DNA from: Octopus vulgaris
Lineage: Eukaryota
Assembly: GCA_951406725.2 (NCBI GenBank)
Contig: OX597835.1
Location: 46,562,001-46,626,000, forward strand
Direction of reading: 5' to 3'
Length of the DNA stretch: 64,000 nt
Every line of letters begins with the position of its first letter. The stretch's first letter is position 1. Both the position numbers and the translations under genes were made by a program. This document shows, in pieces, positions 26,421-40,460 of this stretch. The notes under the pieces were generated by a model that did no database searches, had not been told where the DNA came from, and worked only from the letters and a program-made list of their open reading frames with translations.

Positions 26421-26860
26421 TACACATAGACTTTTTTAAGGTCTCTCTGCACTTCAATCACAGTGGAGATAGGCCGTTTTCGCCCTTGCTATTCATATGT
26501 ATATATATTATGTATATATTATTATCGCTTTTACAATTACAACAATACTCAGCCACTTAAATGCAAAATTCACTCAATCTAATAACGGAATTTCAATCGT
26601 TGGAGGATCAAATCGATATCCATGCCCATATGTATTTATGTATGTATGTATGTATCATATGTGTGTTAATATAACTGTATGCGTGTATGTATTTTTTGTA
26701 ATTATTTATAAATATATTTATATGTACGTATGAAGACGTATATATTTATACGTCTTCATGTATATACTTATGTGCTTTTGTATATATATGCTACCGCGTG
26801 TGTACCGTTGACGATTTTTTTTCCTCTGTCTTCCCTTCTCTGGATCCTTCCTTCTCCTAT

Positions 26861-26895
26861 GTTTCCGACGAAGAGCTCCGCTCGAAACGTTAAAC
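26861..26895 (+). ncRNA. Minimal hammerhead-like motif (U4C variant); antisense twin at 25760-25794
   Basis: guuu CCGACGA a GAGC-ucc-GCUC GAAAC GUU aaac. Confidence 0.55.
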
Positions 26896-26988
26896 CCTCC
26901 TTCTTTCCTTCTTTCCTGAGCGTCCAATAATACTATATTTGTTCCACGTCCTCGCGTTGTTGTATTTTTTGTGCTTTCTTGTTTGGAT

Positions 26989-27046
<58 letters not shown>

Positions 27047-27564
27047 TATAGAAAACAGTGATGACATGGGAAAAAAAACAAATGTTATGTTGTGAACTTC
27101 ATCAACTTGCAGTTGTTTGTGTTATAAGATGCGGTGGACTCTAAGTTTAGTACAAGGATAAGATCCTATAGCTTCATCAGAGCCTTGAATATCAAGTGCA
27201 ACAAGTATAAATATATGGAAAGATGGAAGTATGTCTGGTTTTTATATTTTACATGTTTGTTATGTATTTACATGTATGTTTGCATGCGTGCGCATGCAAT
27301 AATGCATGTACGTACCTACATGGGGATGGGTGAATGAATGGCTGGATAAGTTTACTGATGGATAGATGGATGGATGAAAGGAAGGAAGGAAGGAAGGAAG
27401 GAAGGAAAGAAGGAAGGAATCATAAGGTCTAGTGTGCGATGCTACTTGTATTGGGGTGATAGTCTAAGCGGTAAGGGCGGTAGTGCCTCTGATACAACAC
27501 ACGGCACCTGTAATTCAAAGATCCTACAACACCTAACGCCGTATAATGCTTATACTATCTGTTG

Positions 27565-27825
27565 GTCTATCTATCTATATATCCGCTCAGTCGAAGTCGA
27601 CTCTCGGTCACTCGATGGATCAGTGTCCTCCAGTCAGTTCTATACTGGGCCGCTTCTTTCAGATTGGCTATGTCCATTCCGGTATCACTCTTGATGGTGT
27701 CAAGCCAGCGGGTTCTTGGTCGGCCTCTTCCTCTCTTACTACTGACCATTCCGAGCATGATGTCCTTCTCCAGGGATTTTCTCCACATAATATGGCCAAA
27801 ATATGCCAATCTGTTGGTCACCTTA
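27565..27825 (-). mobile_element. RTE (BovB-like) LINE 3' end
   Basis: RLAYFGHIMWRKSLEKDIMLGMVSSKRGRGRPRTRWLDTIKSD...W; short (GATA)n tail. Confidence 0.88.
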
Positions 27826-28084
27826 AGGTTATATTTGTCTGCAGTATACTCAGCTACTTTTGCTAGAACTCAATGAAGAGTTCAGACAGGTGAATGGAGC
27901 TTTTATTCATCGTCGAAACTGACTGAGAACCATTTACGCATTTACTTTCATGTACGTATGTGTGTGCACGTATATATGTGTGTAAGCATGTAGTGTGCAG
28001 ATACGTGTATGTATGCGATATGTATATACAAGCGTGTATGTATATTTGTATGTTTGTATATGTCTGTTTGAATGTGAGTATATA

Positions 28085-29283
28085 TCAGGTCATCGCATAA
28101 GTTCTGTCCGATTTTACCTTTTTTAAAATTGAATGAAATTTAATAGCATTTTAGAATGTCTAATGGAATTTAAAATTATTTTTATGCATTTGTGTACATT
28201 TAAACTAATTAAATATTATTTTACAGAATAACAGACTTAAAATTTCTTTGATTAAAACCCTTTCTAACATGGAAGTATCCAAAGAGCATTTGAAGCACAA
28301 TGCTTTATGAGTACAAAAAAAGAAAGTCTGCAGCCGATGCGACTCGAAACATACACTCAGTTTATGGGAAAGAATGCTTGAATGAAAAAACTTGGAGAAG
28401 ATGGTTTGCAAAATTCTGAAGTGGAGATTTCAAACTTGAAGATGAAGATCAAACAGGACGTCCAGTTGAGTTTGATGATAAGCTCTTTGAGGCATTACTT
28501 GAAGAAAATCCTGCATTATCAGTTGAAGAATTGGCAGTAAACCATACAACTGTTCATCGTCATCTTCAACAACTTGGAAAGGTTCCTAAACTTGGAAAAC
28601 GGGTGCCTCTTGAATTGTCCGAAAGCAACCGCAAATCCCAAGTTGACATCTGCTCTTCTCTCCATTCTCACGAACTCATTTCACCCTTTTTGGATAGACT
28701 TGTGACTGGTGACGAAAAATAGATCTTCTATCGAAATGTTAAACGTTGTAAAGAGCGGTTTGGTAAAAGGGAAAAAGCTCTATCGCAACTGAAAAGGGGA
28801 CTTCATGGGAAAAAGGCTCTTCTCTCTATCTGGTGGGATTGTAAAAGAGTAATTAGAGCGTTTGAAGCAAGCTTTGAAGAAAAAAAAAACCGCTTTAGTG
28901 AATCGAAAAGGAGTGATGTTTCATCAGGACAATTCGCGACCTCACACTGCAAAGATCACATCACAGAAGATCGAAGAGCTTGGTTGGGAAAAAATTCCTC
29001 ATCCACCTTATTCTCCCGACCTTGCTCCTTCAGACTACCACTTGTTTCCTGGGGGACATAACTTTCGCAAGCCATGAGGAGGTCGAAACTGACATTTCAG
29101 AGTTCTTCGCTTTGAAACCAAAAGAGTTTTACATTGATGGAATTAAAAAGCTTGTAAATAGATGGAAGGAAGTCATAGATAATCAGGGAAAGTACATTGA
29201 TGATTAAATTTCAATTTAATATCACATTTGATCACTTGTTTTCTTTATTCAAAACTTCGGACAGAACTTATGGGATGACCTGA
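28085..29283 (+). mobile_element. Near full-length degenerate mariner transposon
   Basis: TIRs tcaggtcatcgcataagttctgtccga / tcggacagaacttatgggatgacctga with TA TSD. Motifs KRVPLEL, LVTGDEK, FHQDNSRPH, HPPYSPDLAPSDYHLF; frameshifts and stops. Confidence 0.93.
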
Positions 29284-29644
29284 TATATGTGTGTGTGTGC
29301 GTGCGTGCGTGTACATGTGTATGCGTGCGTGTACATGTGTATGCGTGCGCGCCTATGCATGTGTGCGTATGTGTGTGCATGTAAGCGTATTTATGTGTAT
29401 TTGCATTTATGCATGTGCATTTGTGAGTCTGTGCGCTTGTATATATATGTGTGTGTGCGCGTCGTGTTTATGTGAGTGCGTGTGTGTCTGTGCGTGTGTG
29501 CGCACGGGCGCGTCTGTGTGTGTGTGAAAATATCTTAGCAACCGCTTGAACCTTCACCAGTATTCGCCAATTTCTTTTTGTTCTTAATGAAGCGCACCTC
29601 AAAGCCCACCACATACTTCATACTACTACTACTACCACCACGAC

Positions 29645-29678
<34 letters not shown>

Positions 29679-29805
29679 CACACATGAACGGCTATCGGTC
29701 TTCGATCTTGTTTATATTAGAAATCAATCATGAAACTAAAGTAACCCGAAAGAAAGATTTAAGTAGGTGAACGAGAGAACGTTTGTGTTTTTTTTTATAT
29801 GAGGT

Positions 29806-29847
<42 letters not shown>

Positions 29848-30054
29848 GAGAAAGAGAGAAAGAGAAAGAGAGAAAGAGAAAGAGGGAGGGGGAGGGAGGG
29901 GGGAGGGGGGTTGAGTATGGCAATGTGTTTGTGCTTGTGTGTCTGTGTATTGACTGGTTTACGATTATGCGTTCGTTTGAGTGACCGTCTGAACTTGTGC
30001 GTATGTGTGCCTAGGTATGTATACATACATATATAAGCAAATACATACTTATGT

Positions 30055-30121
<67 letters not shown>

Positions 30122-30158
30122 AACAAATATATATATGTGTGTTTAATATCTATATATA

Positions 30159-30207
<49 letters not shown>

Positions 30208-30694
30208 GAGAGAAAGGAGAGGGCGAGACATGTGTATGTATACACACATACACACACACATAATATAAGTACAAATACGTATCCGTGAATTTGTATATTT
30301 TGTGTGTGTGTGTGTGTGTGTGTTATTTAGCTGGAGCACTAACTAACACACTATTTATGAGGTTAAATTTGTAAACAAAGTGCCAATTATGTTTAATATA
30401 TTTTCTTTGCTGCGAAATGTCAGCATCAGTGTGAAATAAATAAAAAAAAACACCTTAGTTAAACCACAGGACTGCCATTTGCCAAGGTGAAAGATGGAGG
30501 AAGCAAATCAATTGCTATTGACTTTCGTAAAAGCCATCGTCGGGATTCTATTACTTTCTCCTCGTTGTCGAGAGAACAGAGAGAATAATATAATTCCTTC
30601 TGTGCGTCGATCAGTCGGTTTATCTGCCAACCTGTTTATCTGTTTATCTCGCTGTTTCTCTAAGGGTCAAGTCCTAATTCCCCTCCATCCCTCT

Positions 30695-30752
<58 letters not shown>

Positions 30753-30893
30753 TCTTTCTCTATGTTGTTGAAACATGGCGCAGTTCAATGAGACCGAATC
30801 TAATCTGGAGTTAGACTTCAGTATCAACGACAACATGGTTTTAACTTTAACACATTAATCAATTGTGGTTATTATTATTGCTGTTGCAAATGC

Positions 30894-30924
<31 letters not shown>

Positions 30925-31189
30925 ACTGTTGTTGCCTTAGTAGCCCCAGGCATCCCAGACGGAGCAAAACTATGATCGAAAACCAGGCGATTTAGTAGAG
31001 ACATTCAGACGTTGGCTATAATGTCGCACTGTATTTGTTGCAACGCTTTCCATTCTGCGTTCAAATGGCACTAAGGTCGACTTTACCATAACTCCTTTCG
31101 GGCCAATAGGAAATGGTTCAAATCCAGTTCAGCTGGATTCTTTGACATCAGGCATTTTACTGTTTCTCGCTTTTCTCCCTCGTCCCCTC

Positions 31190-31238
<49 letters not shown>

Positions 31239-31344
31239 ATGTATATATATATATATGTGTGAGCATAGTATATTCTTTTTTTATGTGTAAGAGGTGGACG
31301 AAAATGTTTATGGCAATCTTGATCAATAAATAAACTCTTTTCTA

Positions 31345-31735
31345 CTCTAGGCACAAGGTTTGAAATCTGGGGAGAGGGGGGGCTAGTCGATTAGATCGAC
31401 CCCAGTATGCAACTAGTACTTAATTTATCGACCCCGAAAGGATGAAAGGCAAAGTTGACCTCGGCGGAATTTGAACTCAGAACGTAGCAGCAGACGAAAT
31501 ACCTATTTCTTTACTACCCACAGGGGCTAAACACAGAGAAGACAAACAAGGACAGACAAACGGATTAAGTCGATTATATACTGACCTCAGTGCGTAACTG
31601 GTACTTATTTAATCGACCCCGATGAAAGGCAAAGTCGACCTCGGCGGAATTTGAACTCAGAACATAGCGGCAGACGAAATACCGCTAAGCATTTCGGCCG
31701 GCGTGCTAACGACTCTGCCAGCTCCTGGCCGCCTT
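31345..31735 (-). mobile_element. SINE family B with duplicated internal unit
   Basis: Two tandem gaaaggcaaagt(t/c)gacctcggcggaatttgaactcagaac units. Confidence 0.85.
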
Positions 31736-32544
31736 GATCAATTAACAAATTGTAATGTCTCTGTTCTCTCTCACACATTTTTTTTATCTGTGTGCGTATA
31801 TTTCTGCGCACACCTGTGAGCTTGTTTGTATGCGTGTGTTTTGTGCGTGTGTGTGCATGTTTGCGTGCGTGCGTGCGTGCGTGCGTGCATGCGTGCGTGC
31901 GTGCATGCGTGCGTGCGTGCATGCGTGCGTGCGTGCATGGATGCGTGCATATATTTGTTTCTGGCGTCAAAAAGTAGTTGCCAGAACAAACTAAATGTCC
32001 AGCCAGAGCCAGTTGTGCCAAATTGACGGCGCCCAAACTGCCGCGCCTAGTAGTTTCTTTCCGAACAGCGAAGACATAAAGAGGGGAGCAAGGGTAACTT
32101 TTTGTCAAAATATCTGCAGAATTACACCTACGATAGCAGATATATAACGACATTGACCGACAGATGGTCAAAATAGTTCTATTACTTACCATTCCGTCTC
32201 TTTCTGTCGTTTTCATTTATAATCGTTGCTAATTTACGTAAAAAGCCAGCAATTTTGATGGAAGTCGATACCTTCGACTGGTACTTTATTTTATCGCCTT
32301 CAAAGGTAATACTGCAGTTTGATTTGTTTAGCTTAATGGTAAAACACTTGGCCAGAATCTTCAAGGGATGTAGGCTCGAGTCCCATGGCTGTTTGTTGTT
32401 AAATTTTTCCGTTTGTTCTGATGCCGTTTCTGCGTTTGAAAATAAATTATCATCGTATCTATATCTTACAATATACATTTCAACGCTAACAAAAAAAAAC
32501 AATTGTGTTTATAAAAAAGCAATTGTTTGTTTATATATATATAA

Positions 32545-32835
<291 letters not shown>

Positions 32836-33097
32836 CCTCTGTTTCCTAAAGCTCCTCGAGGCTCCGGCAGTGGGTGGCGAACCCTACTGTACTCTTTCAC
32901 CACATCTTTCTTCCTGTTTCTGCATTTCAGAGGGTCAACCTTGTTACATTCTGTGTCACGCTGAATCACCCCGAGAACTACGTGAAGGGTACATGTGTCT
33001 GTGGTGTGCTCAGCCACTTGCACGTGAATTTCACGAGAAGGCTGTTCCGTTGATCGGATCAACTGGAACCCTCGTCGTAACCGACGGAGTGCCACGA

Positions 33098-33138
<41 letters not shown>

Positions 33139-33152
33139 CATACATACATACA

Positions 33153-33186
<34 letters not shown>

Positions 33187-33231
33187 CATACATACATACA
33201 TACATATATATACATGTACATACATACATAC

Positions 33232-33307
<76 letters not shown>

Positions 33308-33364
33308 AGAGTTTACGAAAAAAACAAAAGACGAAGACAGGCAGTGTACAAAGCAAACAGATGT

Positions 33365-33399
33365 CTTTACGTTTCGAGCCTACGCTCTTCTACAGAAAG
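33365..33399 (-). ncRNA. Minimal hammerhead-like motif (A6U variant); decayed + strand relative at about 50586-50622
   Basis: cuuu CUGUAGA a GAGC-guag-GCUC GAAAC GUA aag. Confidence 0.45.
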
Positions 33400-34045
33400 G
33401 GACACAGAAAAAATGTGTGTAGTGGCTAACCAAATATATTCTTGTGTGTGTGTATAAATATATACATACATACATACAAGAATAAGTCCTAGGGTCGCTT
33501 TCTTCAACTATGACCCTTTAAGGCTGTGCTCCAGCATAGCCGCAGTCAAATGACTGAAACAAAAGAATATACATATTGTTTGGCCCGGGGATATAATAGA
33601 AGTGGAAGTGAACCCGAAGCCAATCCGTTTGGGACAAAACTTCTTACCGCACGACCATGCCTGTGTCTCTCTAGAAGTAGGTATTAAAAGTTTATAAATT
33701 GCGATATTGTTGATTATCTTCCCTTTGTAGCTATTTCGTCGTTCTGTGTCTCATAAATGGTTCAGTGAGGCTTGTATGACAATTTAGGCCTTGAAGTTTA
33801 GATAAGCATTATACATTGTCATATTGTTATGACTATTAAGTAAGATGGCGAGCTAGCCAAATGGTTAGCACGGCGTAAAAAATGCTTAGCGGCATTTCTT
33901 TCGGCTCTATACATCGTGATTTTTAATTCTGTTGAGGTGAACTTTGCCTTTCATCTTTTCAGGGTCGACAAAATAAGTATCAGTTGAGCCCCGGGGGGGC
34001 TCGATGTTTTTGGCTGGACCCCTGCCCCAAATTTGTGCACATTAG

Positions 34046-34204
34046 TATTTGCATAAGAAAGATATGGGGAGCCTTAATAAAAGAAGAAGTAGGACATAGA
34101 CAGGGCAGACTACGCTAAAGGATCCCTAATGTCCCAGGTGGTGATATTAAACGGGGCGATGAATTCCATTAACAATTCAAATGGGTCATGGCGGGATTTG
34201 AACT
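34046..34204 (-). repeat. 159-bp near-identical direct repeat of 36555-36713
   Basis: Two mismatches by eye; the minus strand begins with a B-box-like AGTTCAAATCCC. Confidence 0.85.
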
Positions 34205-37200
34205 TGCTATGACTATACGGCACGTTATCAAATGTTCGTTTTCATTTTAAAGTGACCGAGTGTGACCCGGGGTACATTTGGGTGCTATTTCTTGCAGCTA
34301 TGGAGAACCACATAGAAACCAGTTTCCTCTCGGCTCTTGTTCAGTCATTAGAAACGCGATTTTAGTGAATGAGGGAACGTCTACGTGGTTTCCAGACCAA
34401 CTTGCATTGTTTTAGAGGAGACGATACATTATAAGAATTATACAATACTAGCAATGCACCCTGATGTTGCCCGGGTGTAATGACTCACAGCCACATTGGA
34501 TTATTTGCTCCTTTCTTATGGGCAGAACCGGCACACGAGGTGTATGAAGCAAACAACTATTCTTTAGAAACATGCCTCTCGGTCATTTTCTGATGAACAA
34601 CGCTGCAGTTTCCGTCTACCAAATTCAGTTACAAGACTGTGGTTGGCCTAGGGCCATAGTAGAAAACATTTGCCCAAGGTACCATGCACTGGACATAGAA
34701 CCATGTACTTGGGAAGCAAACTTCTCGACCACATAGTCATTCTTGCACCTGATGTGTGTGTGTGTGTCTGTCTACATTTCTTATTAAATCTAGTAGTGTG
34801 TCCGGCAGAGTTGCCTCCCTTAGCTAAAGACCTCAAAATTGTGCGACCCGACCTCGTTTTCGAGGTTATTTTTGGTAAATCCTTAAAATCCTAAAAAATG
34901 TTTTAGCCTGAAGGCCGCGGCCATACTGGGGCATCACCGCTGTTTAAATATCTTTAAATATCTTTAAAAAAACATGCTTTATTTGGTAGCCCAAAGATTA
35001 GTGAATATTTTGATACCTCATATGCGAAAATCAGCAACTCAGTTTTCGAATCCATAAGGAACATACGCGCGCGAACACGCACACACACACACACAGACAC
35101 ACACACGCACGCGCACACACACGCACACACAAACTCTGCTTTATATATTAAGATAATCCTAGGTAATTCTAACACAAAAGGGATGGTCGTGTCTTGAAAG
35201 CTTTTGACCATAAGTTTGTTCGATCAGGGTTAACTTGTGGCAACACAACAACCAATGAGGAGGAGGAGGAGGAGGAAGAGGTGAGAATTGTAACACAATC
35301 GATATATTCACTCTCAGTGAGATGCGACGGTGATATGATTAAGGTTGTTGCTGTTGTTGTTGCTGCTGTTGTTGTTGTTGTCATTATCTTCGTCATATTC
35401 GTCACCATTTAAAACCTACGTGTTCATCATCAACACCATCATCATCACCGTTATCGATATTACTGTCATCATTGTCATCATCAACGTCATCATCATCATC
35501 ATGACCATCATCATCACCACCATCATCATCATCATCGTTATCATCATTTGCATCATCATCATCATCATCATAATGTTCTATCTACATAACTCCATCCATC
35601 ATCATCATCATTATCTTTATCGTCATTATCGAAATCACCATCTCTTACCTATCTAGTCTTCGGTCTGATCGTTCGATATTCTTATTAATCATCGATCCAG
35701 AGTCTCTTCATGGTATTTCTAATTCAATAGCACTTCGATAGCCATGCATGCTTCAACTCGCAGTGTTATTGACAGCAGGTAACAAGAACAACAACAACAA
35801 CAACAATAACTATAACAACAACAACATCCTTACCTCCATAACCTATTGTAATCTTATTGTAAATAACAGCAGGGAAACCCTCAAGTGGAGACCTCTATGT
35901 GATTACTGGCCTCTTCTACAAATAGTGACCAAATCCTCCTTTTATCCCCTCAGCCGTCTCAATTAAATGAAGGACATTAGATAAAGTAGAAACTCAGTGT
36001 TTTATAGAAGACTGTGGCTATGTCGATATTACATTAAATATAGGAAATCACAAAGGCAAATGTGTTGGAAAGTTATTTTAGATAATATTTACTTAGTCCT
36101 GATATTTCGAGCAAAAACTCCTTGACAAAGACTTTAATTAACAAGTCAGGGACCATAAATTACTCGCCCATTTGGTTAGCATGTCGAATTCTTGTGGATG
36201 ATGTTTACCAGAATACATAGAAGAGATTTTTAACTTCTGTTAACGTGAAGGGCGAATAATCTAACCTTTCGGAACCTTGCCTTTTTATCTGTGAATGAGG
36301 AGGTGGGAAAGGGGAAGAGTGGGTGAAGGCTGTCATTTTGGTTATTAGCTAGTGAGTGAGAAAGAGATAAAATAATAAAATGAATGAATCAAATGGAGCA
36401 GCAATTTAGGGAAAGGACAGCGAGGGTGAACTGTATGGGAAGACTAGATGTCTGGACAATGATGAGGATGAAGTGGGAGGGAGTAATAATTCGAAAGGGG
36501 GTAAGTAGAAGGAAGTACAAATAGATGGGAGTAAAGCATTGGCGTTGCCCGCAATATTTGCATAAGAAAGATATGGGTAGCCTTAATAAAAGAAGAAGTA
36601 GGACATAGACAGGGCAGACTACGCTAAAGGATCCCTAAGGTCCCAGGTGGTGATATTAAACGGGGCGATGAATTCCATTAACAATTCAAATGGGTCATGG
36701 CGGGATTTGAACTCACAGCTCACCGCAAACCAACAATCTTACAATTCTGTTAATCCACCATCTTGAAGTGATACTTTGTTATCGATATCTCCGAAAAGAT
36801 GAAAAGTAAAACTAACTTCAGCGAGATTTGAACTCAGAGCGCAGAGTCGAAACAAACATTCTGCCCGACGCTCAGGCAATTCTACCAATTCACGGCAGAA
36901 TCAAGAATACAAAACATTGATGCGTTTGTTCATTTGTAACACATTCTGACAGATTTCAACTTGGAAATGCTAACAGCCGTTATATTTTGCCTTTGAAGAA
37001 AAATTTCTATTTTCAGACGTCAACAGTGATGGGGGACAACTTTGAGACTCTGGTGTTTTGCATAAAAGTGAAATTATCACCAGAATATTACCTAGATATT
37101 ATTGTGTTAGGCAATAAGGTTCAAGTAAAATTTCTCAGCTGTTGGTCGAGAAAATCGTGCTGATTTCGTGGTGATGCATCTTATGAAGATCCCAAGATTT

Positions 37201-37804
37201 CAAATCTAACATCGAAATGCTTGTGTCCACGCGATCACTCTTTTCCTTTCCTTAGATCACTATCCTGTCGTGAATGCGGAGCAATGATATCAAATATGAT
37301 TAAACTAATGATAAGCAATGACATATTTGGGCTTTAAGTGAATAAGCAATTCACAGGACTCATTAAATACTTAAAAGGCATAAATGTTTTCAATTTTTCT
37401 AAGACCGTCTGATGTAAGTTTTTGTTAACAGATGTCCTCCAAGTTTTATGTCGCTCAGAGCCTTACCAAATCTAAACTCAATAGTGTTAGCAAGTCTCAT
37501 CTAATTGACTGATAACATCTTAAAGTTCGCGAGTTTGGGTAAGTTTGTATGCTTTGTGGAGAAGAGGTAACTGCTGCTTCGAGAGATGTTTCTTTGAAGG
37601 AAAGAGAGACGGGGAGGGGGTGCCGGAGGAAGTTTCATCAGCCTTTTCTCTCTCTGAGGAGAATGGAAGAATATTCGTCTTCATCGTGGTTTGTCGAAAC
37701 TCCTGAAGTTCAAAGATGTAGTTTGATGGTGAAAGGATTGAACTGTTCTTTTCTTGCTCTCTTCACATTCGCGGTTTCAGAGAAAGAGTGAGAGGGGGGG
37801 AAGA

Positions 37805-38265
37805 GGCAAGGAGAGAAAGAAAGAAAAGAAAGAAAGAAGAAAGGAAGGAAAGAAAATAGGGACAAAGAAATAAACAAAGAAAAACAAAGAAAGAGAGATA
37901 GGAAGGAAGGAAGGAAGGAAGGAAGGAAGGAAGGAAAAGAGAAAGAAAGAAGAGCGAAAGAAAGAAGATATGAAAGAAAGAAGGAAGAAAGGAAGGAAAG
38001 AAGGAAGGAAGGAAGGAAAGAAAGAAGGAAGGAAGGAAGGAAGGAAGGAAGGAAGGAAGGAAGGAAGGAAAGAAAGAAGGAAGGAAGGAAGGAAGGAAGG
38101 AAGGAAAGAAAGAAGGAAGGAAGGAAGGAAGGAAGGAAGGAAGGAAAGAAGGAAGGAAGGAAGGAAGGAAGGAAGGGAGGAAGGAAGGAAGAGACAAAGA
38201 AAGAAAAAGAAAGAAAGAAGAAGAAAGGAAGGAAAGGAAGAAGGAACAAAGAAAGAATAAAAGAA
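37805..38265. repeat. (GGAA/GAAA)n purine microsatellite
   Basis: Direct inspection. Confidence 0.95.
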
Positions 38266-38959
38266 AGGTGAGAAATTGAGCCGCAGTGCTTAATTTGTAC
38301 TTTATTTATCGACTCCGATCGAAAGGGATGAAAAGTCAAGAGATAGAATTTGAACGCAGAGCTCTCGAAAGAATACCCGGTTAGATATTCACTCCGACAC
38401 ACTCCAGTGACTCGACCGACTCACAGTCCGGTTCACATGGCTGAATTTCTGTTGCCCCTTCACAGACCGTCACCACCACCACCACCACCGCCTCCACCAG
38501 TTTACCCGATCATATTCTAAACATGAGCCTGGCCAGACATTTGCGCCTCGCTTCGCTTCGCTGAAGTTGTCTAATTTCCTCAAAGAACATCAAACGGCAA
38601 ATCCGAAACAGAATTCCATGTTTCCTGATAGAAATCTATTGATTCCTGATTCAATTTCCAATCTGATCACCAACATCAAACAAGTGGACGACTTGCGTGA
38701 GCGTTCGAGCTGCTAGAAATTACAGCCAAAATCTCTGTTGAGTAACACTCTGACGTCAGAAGTAGAAGGCGGCTGCCTTTGGATTGGATCATCTAACTCT
38801 CGATCATTTTCTTGAGTCCAAGGTCTCACAAGGCCTCTAATACGGTCTCCTTGCTGTATAAGTGACCGAGCTCACAGCATTCCTCCAAATGCGATCCCAG
38901 TTTTTTGCAGGCTCAAGCAATTTTGAAGGGAGGTTATAAAAAAAAAAGAAGAAAAGAAA

Positions 38960-39219
38960 AAAACCGTAACGTTACCTTTTCGAATCCTGCCGATTCCATA
39001 AGGGCCGGTTTTCCGGTTTCATTGGTGTATAGGTTCCCCAGCTGGACGGGACGCCGATCTGTCGCAGGGTTACTCATTTTTGCCAGCTGAGTGGACTGGA
39101 GCAACGTGAAATGAAGTGTTTTGCTCAAGAACACAACATGTCGCCCGGTCCAGGAATCGAAACCACACTCTTACGATCATAAGTCCAATACCCTTAACCA
39201 CTAAGCCACGCGCCTCCAC
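38960..39219 (-). mobile_element. SINE family C copy
   Basis: Homologous to 51850-52098; tRNA-like head on the minus strand. Confidence 0.85.
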
Positions 39220-39436
39220 TTTTTTTTTAAGGCAGGGAACAAGTCGATTACATTGAGCCCAGTACTTGAGAGATACTTTATTTTATCGAAATCCGAAGAT
39301 ATGAAAGACAATATTATTCACGTCGTGATTTGAACTCAGAACGTAAAGAGACGGATGAAATACCGTTAAGCATTTTGTCCGGCGCGCTAACGATTCTGCC
39401 AACTCACCGTCTTGCTTCACGATAATCTACAACTAA

Positions 39437-40460
39437 GGCGGCGAGCTGGCAGAAACGTTAGCACGCCGGGCGAAATGCGTAGCCGTATTTCGTCTGCCGT
39501 TACGTTCTGAGTTCAAATTCCGCCGAGGTCGACTTTGCCTTTCATCCTTTCGGGGTCGATTAAATAAGTACCAATTACGCACTGAGGTCTATATAATCAA
39601 ATTAATCCGTTTGTCTGTCCTTGTTTGTCCTCTCTGTGTTTAGCCCCTTGTGGGTAGTAAATAAATAGGTATTTCGTCTGCCGCTACGATCTGAGTTCAA
39701 ATTCCACCGAGGTCGACTTTGCCTTTCATCCTTTCAGGCTCGATAAATTAAGTACCAGTTACGCACTGGGGTCGATGTAATCGACTTAAGACCTATGTCT
39801 GTCTTTGTTTGTCCCCTCTGTGTTTAGCCCCTTGTGGGTAATAAAGAAATAGGTATTTCGTCCACCTAAATAGGTATTTCGCTACGTTCTGAGTTCAAAT
39901 TCCGCCCAGGTCGACTTTGCCTTTCATCGGGGTCGATTAAATAAGTACCAGTTACGCACTGGGGTCGATATAATCGACTTAACCCCTTTGTCTGTCCTTG
40001 TTTGTCCCCTCTATGTTTATCCCCTTGTGGGCAGTAAAGGAATAAGAAATGTTAGCACAACGGGCGAAATGCTTAGCGGTATTTCGTATGTCTTTACGTT
40101 CTGAATTCAAATTCTACCGAGGCCGACTTTGCCTTTCATCCTTTAAGGGTCGATAAATTAAGTACCAGTTGCGTACTGGGATCGATCGAATCGACTGGCC
40201 TCTTCCCTCAAAATTTCGGGCTGTGTGCCTAGAGTAGAAAAGAATATTTAAAGGCGGTGAGCTGGCAGAAACGTTACGCACGCCGGGCGAAATGATTAGA
40301 GGTATTTCGTTAGTCTTTACGTTCTGAGTTCAAATTCCACCGAGGCCGACTTTGCCTTTCATCCTTTCGGAGTCGATAGATTAAGTACCAGTTACGCACT
40401 GGAGTCGATCTAATCGACTGGCCCCTTTCCAAAAAATTTCGGGCCGTGTGTCTAGAGCAG
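39437..40460 (+). mobile_element. Tandem array of SINE family B units
   Basis: Five units of about 185-220 bp, each containing tctga(g/a)ttcaaatt...gactttgcctttcatc...aagtaccag. Confidence 0.9.

Larger units (their letters stand above)
25661..26994. mobile_element. Fold-back element with ~200-bp inverted arms and hammerhead-like motifs, flanked by (TA)n
   Basis: Arms 25661-25860 and 26794-26994 are near-identical reverse complements. Confidence 0.8.

Noticed and set aside
36900-37760. Unique-looking stretch, possibly a decayed DNA-transposase N-terminus on the minus strand
   Set aside because: Only vague resemblance with many stops; no family can be supported without a search.
38506-38624. 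Possible minus-strand exon with AG/GT ends
   Set aside because: All three frames contain a stop, the donor is weak and no protein is recognisable.
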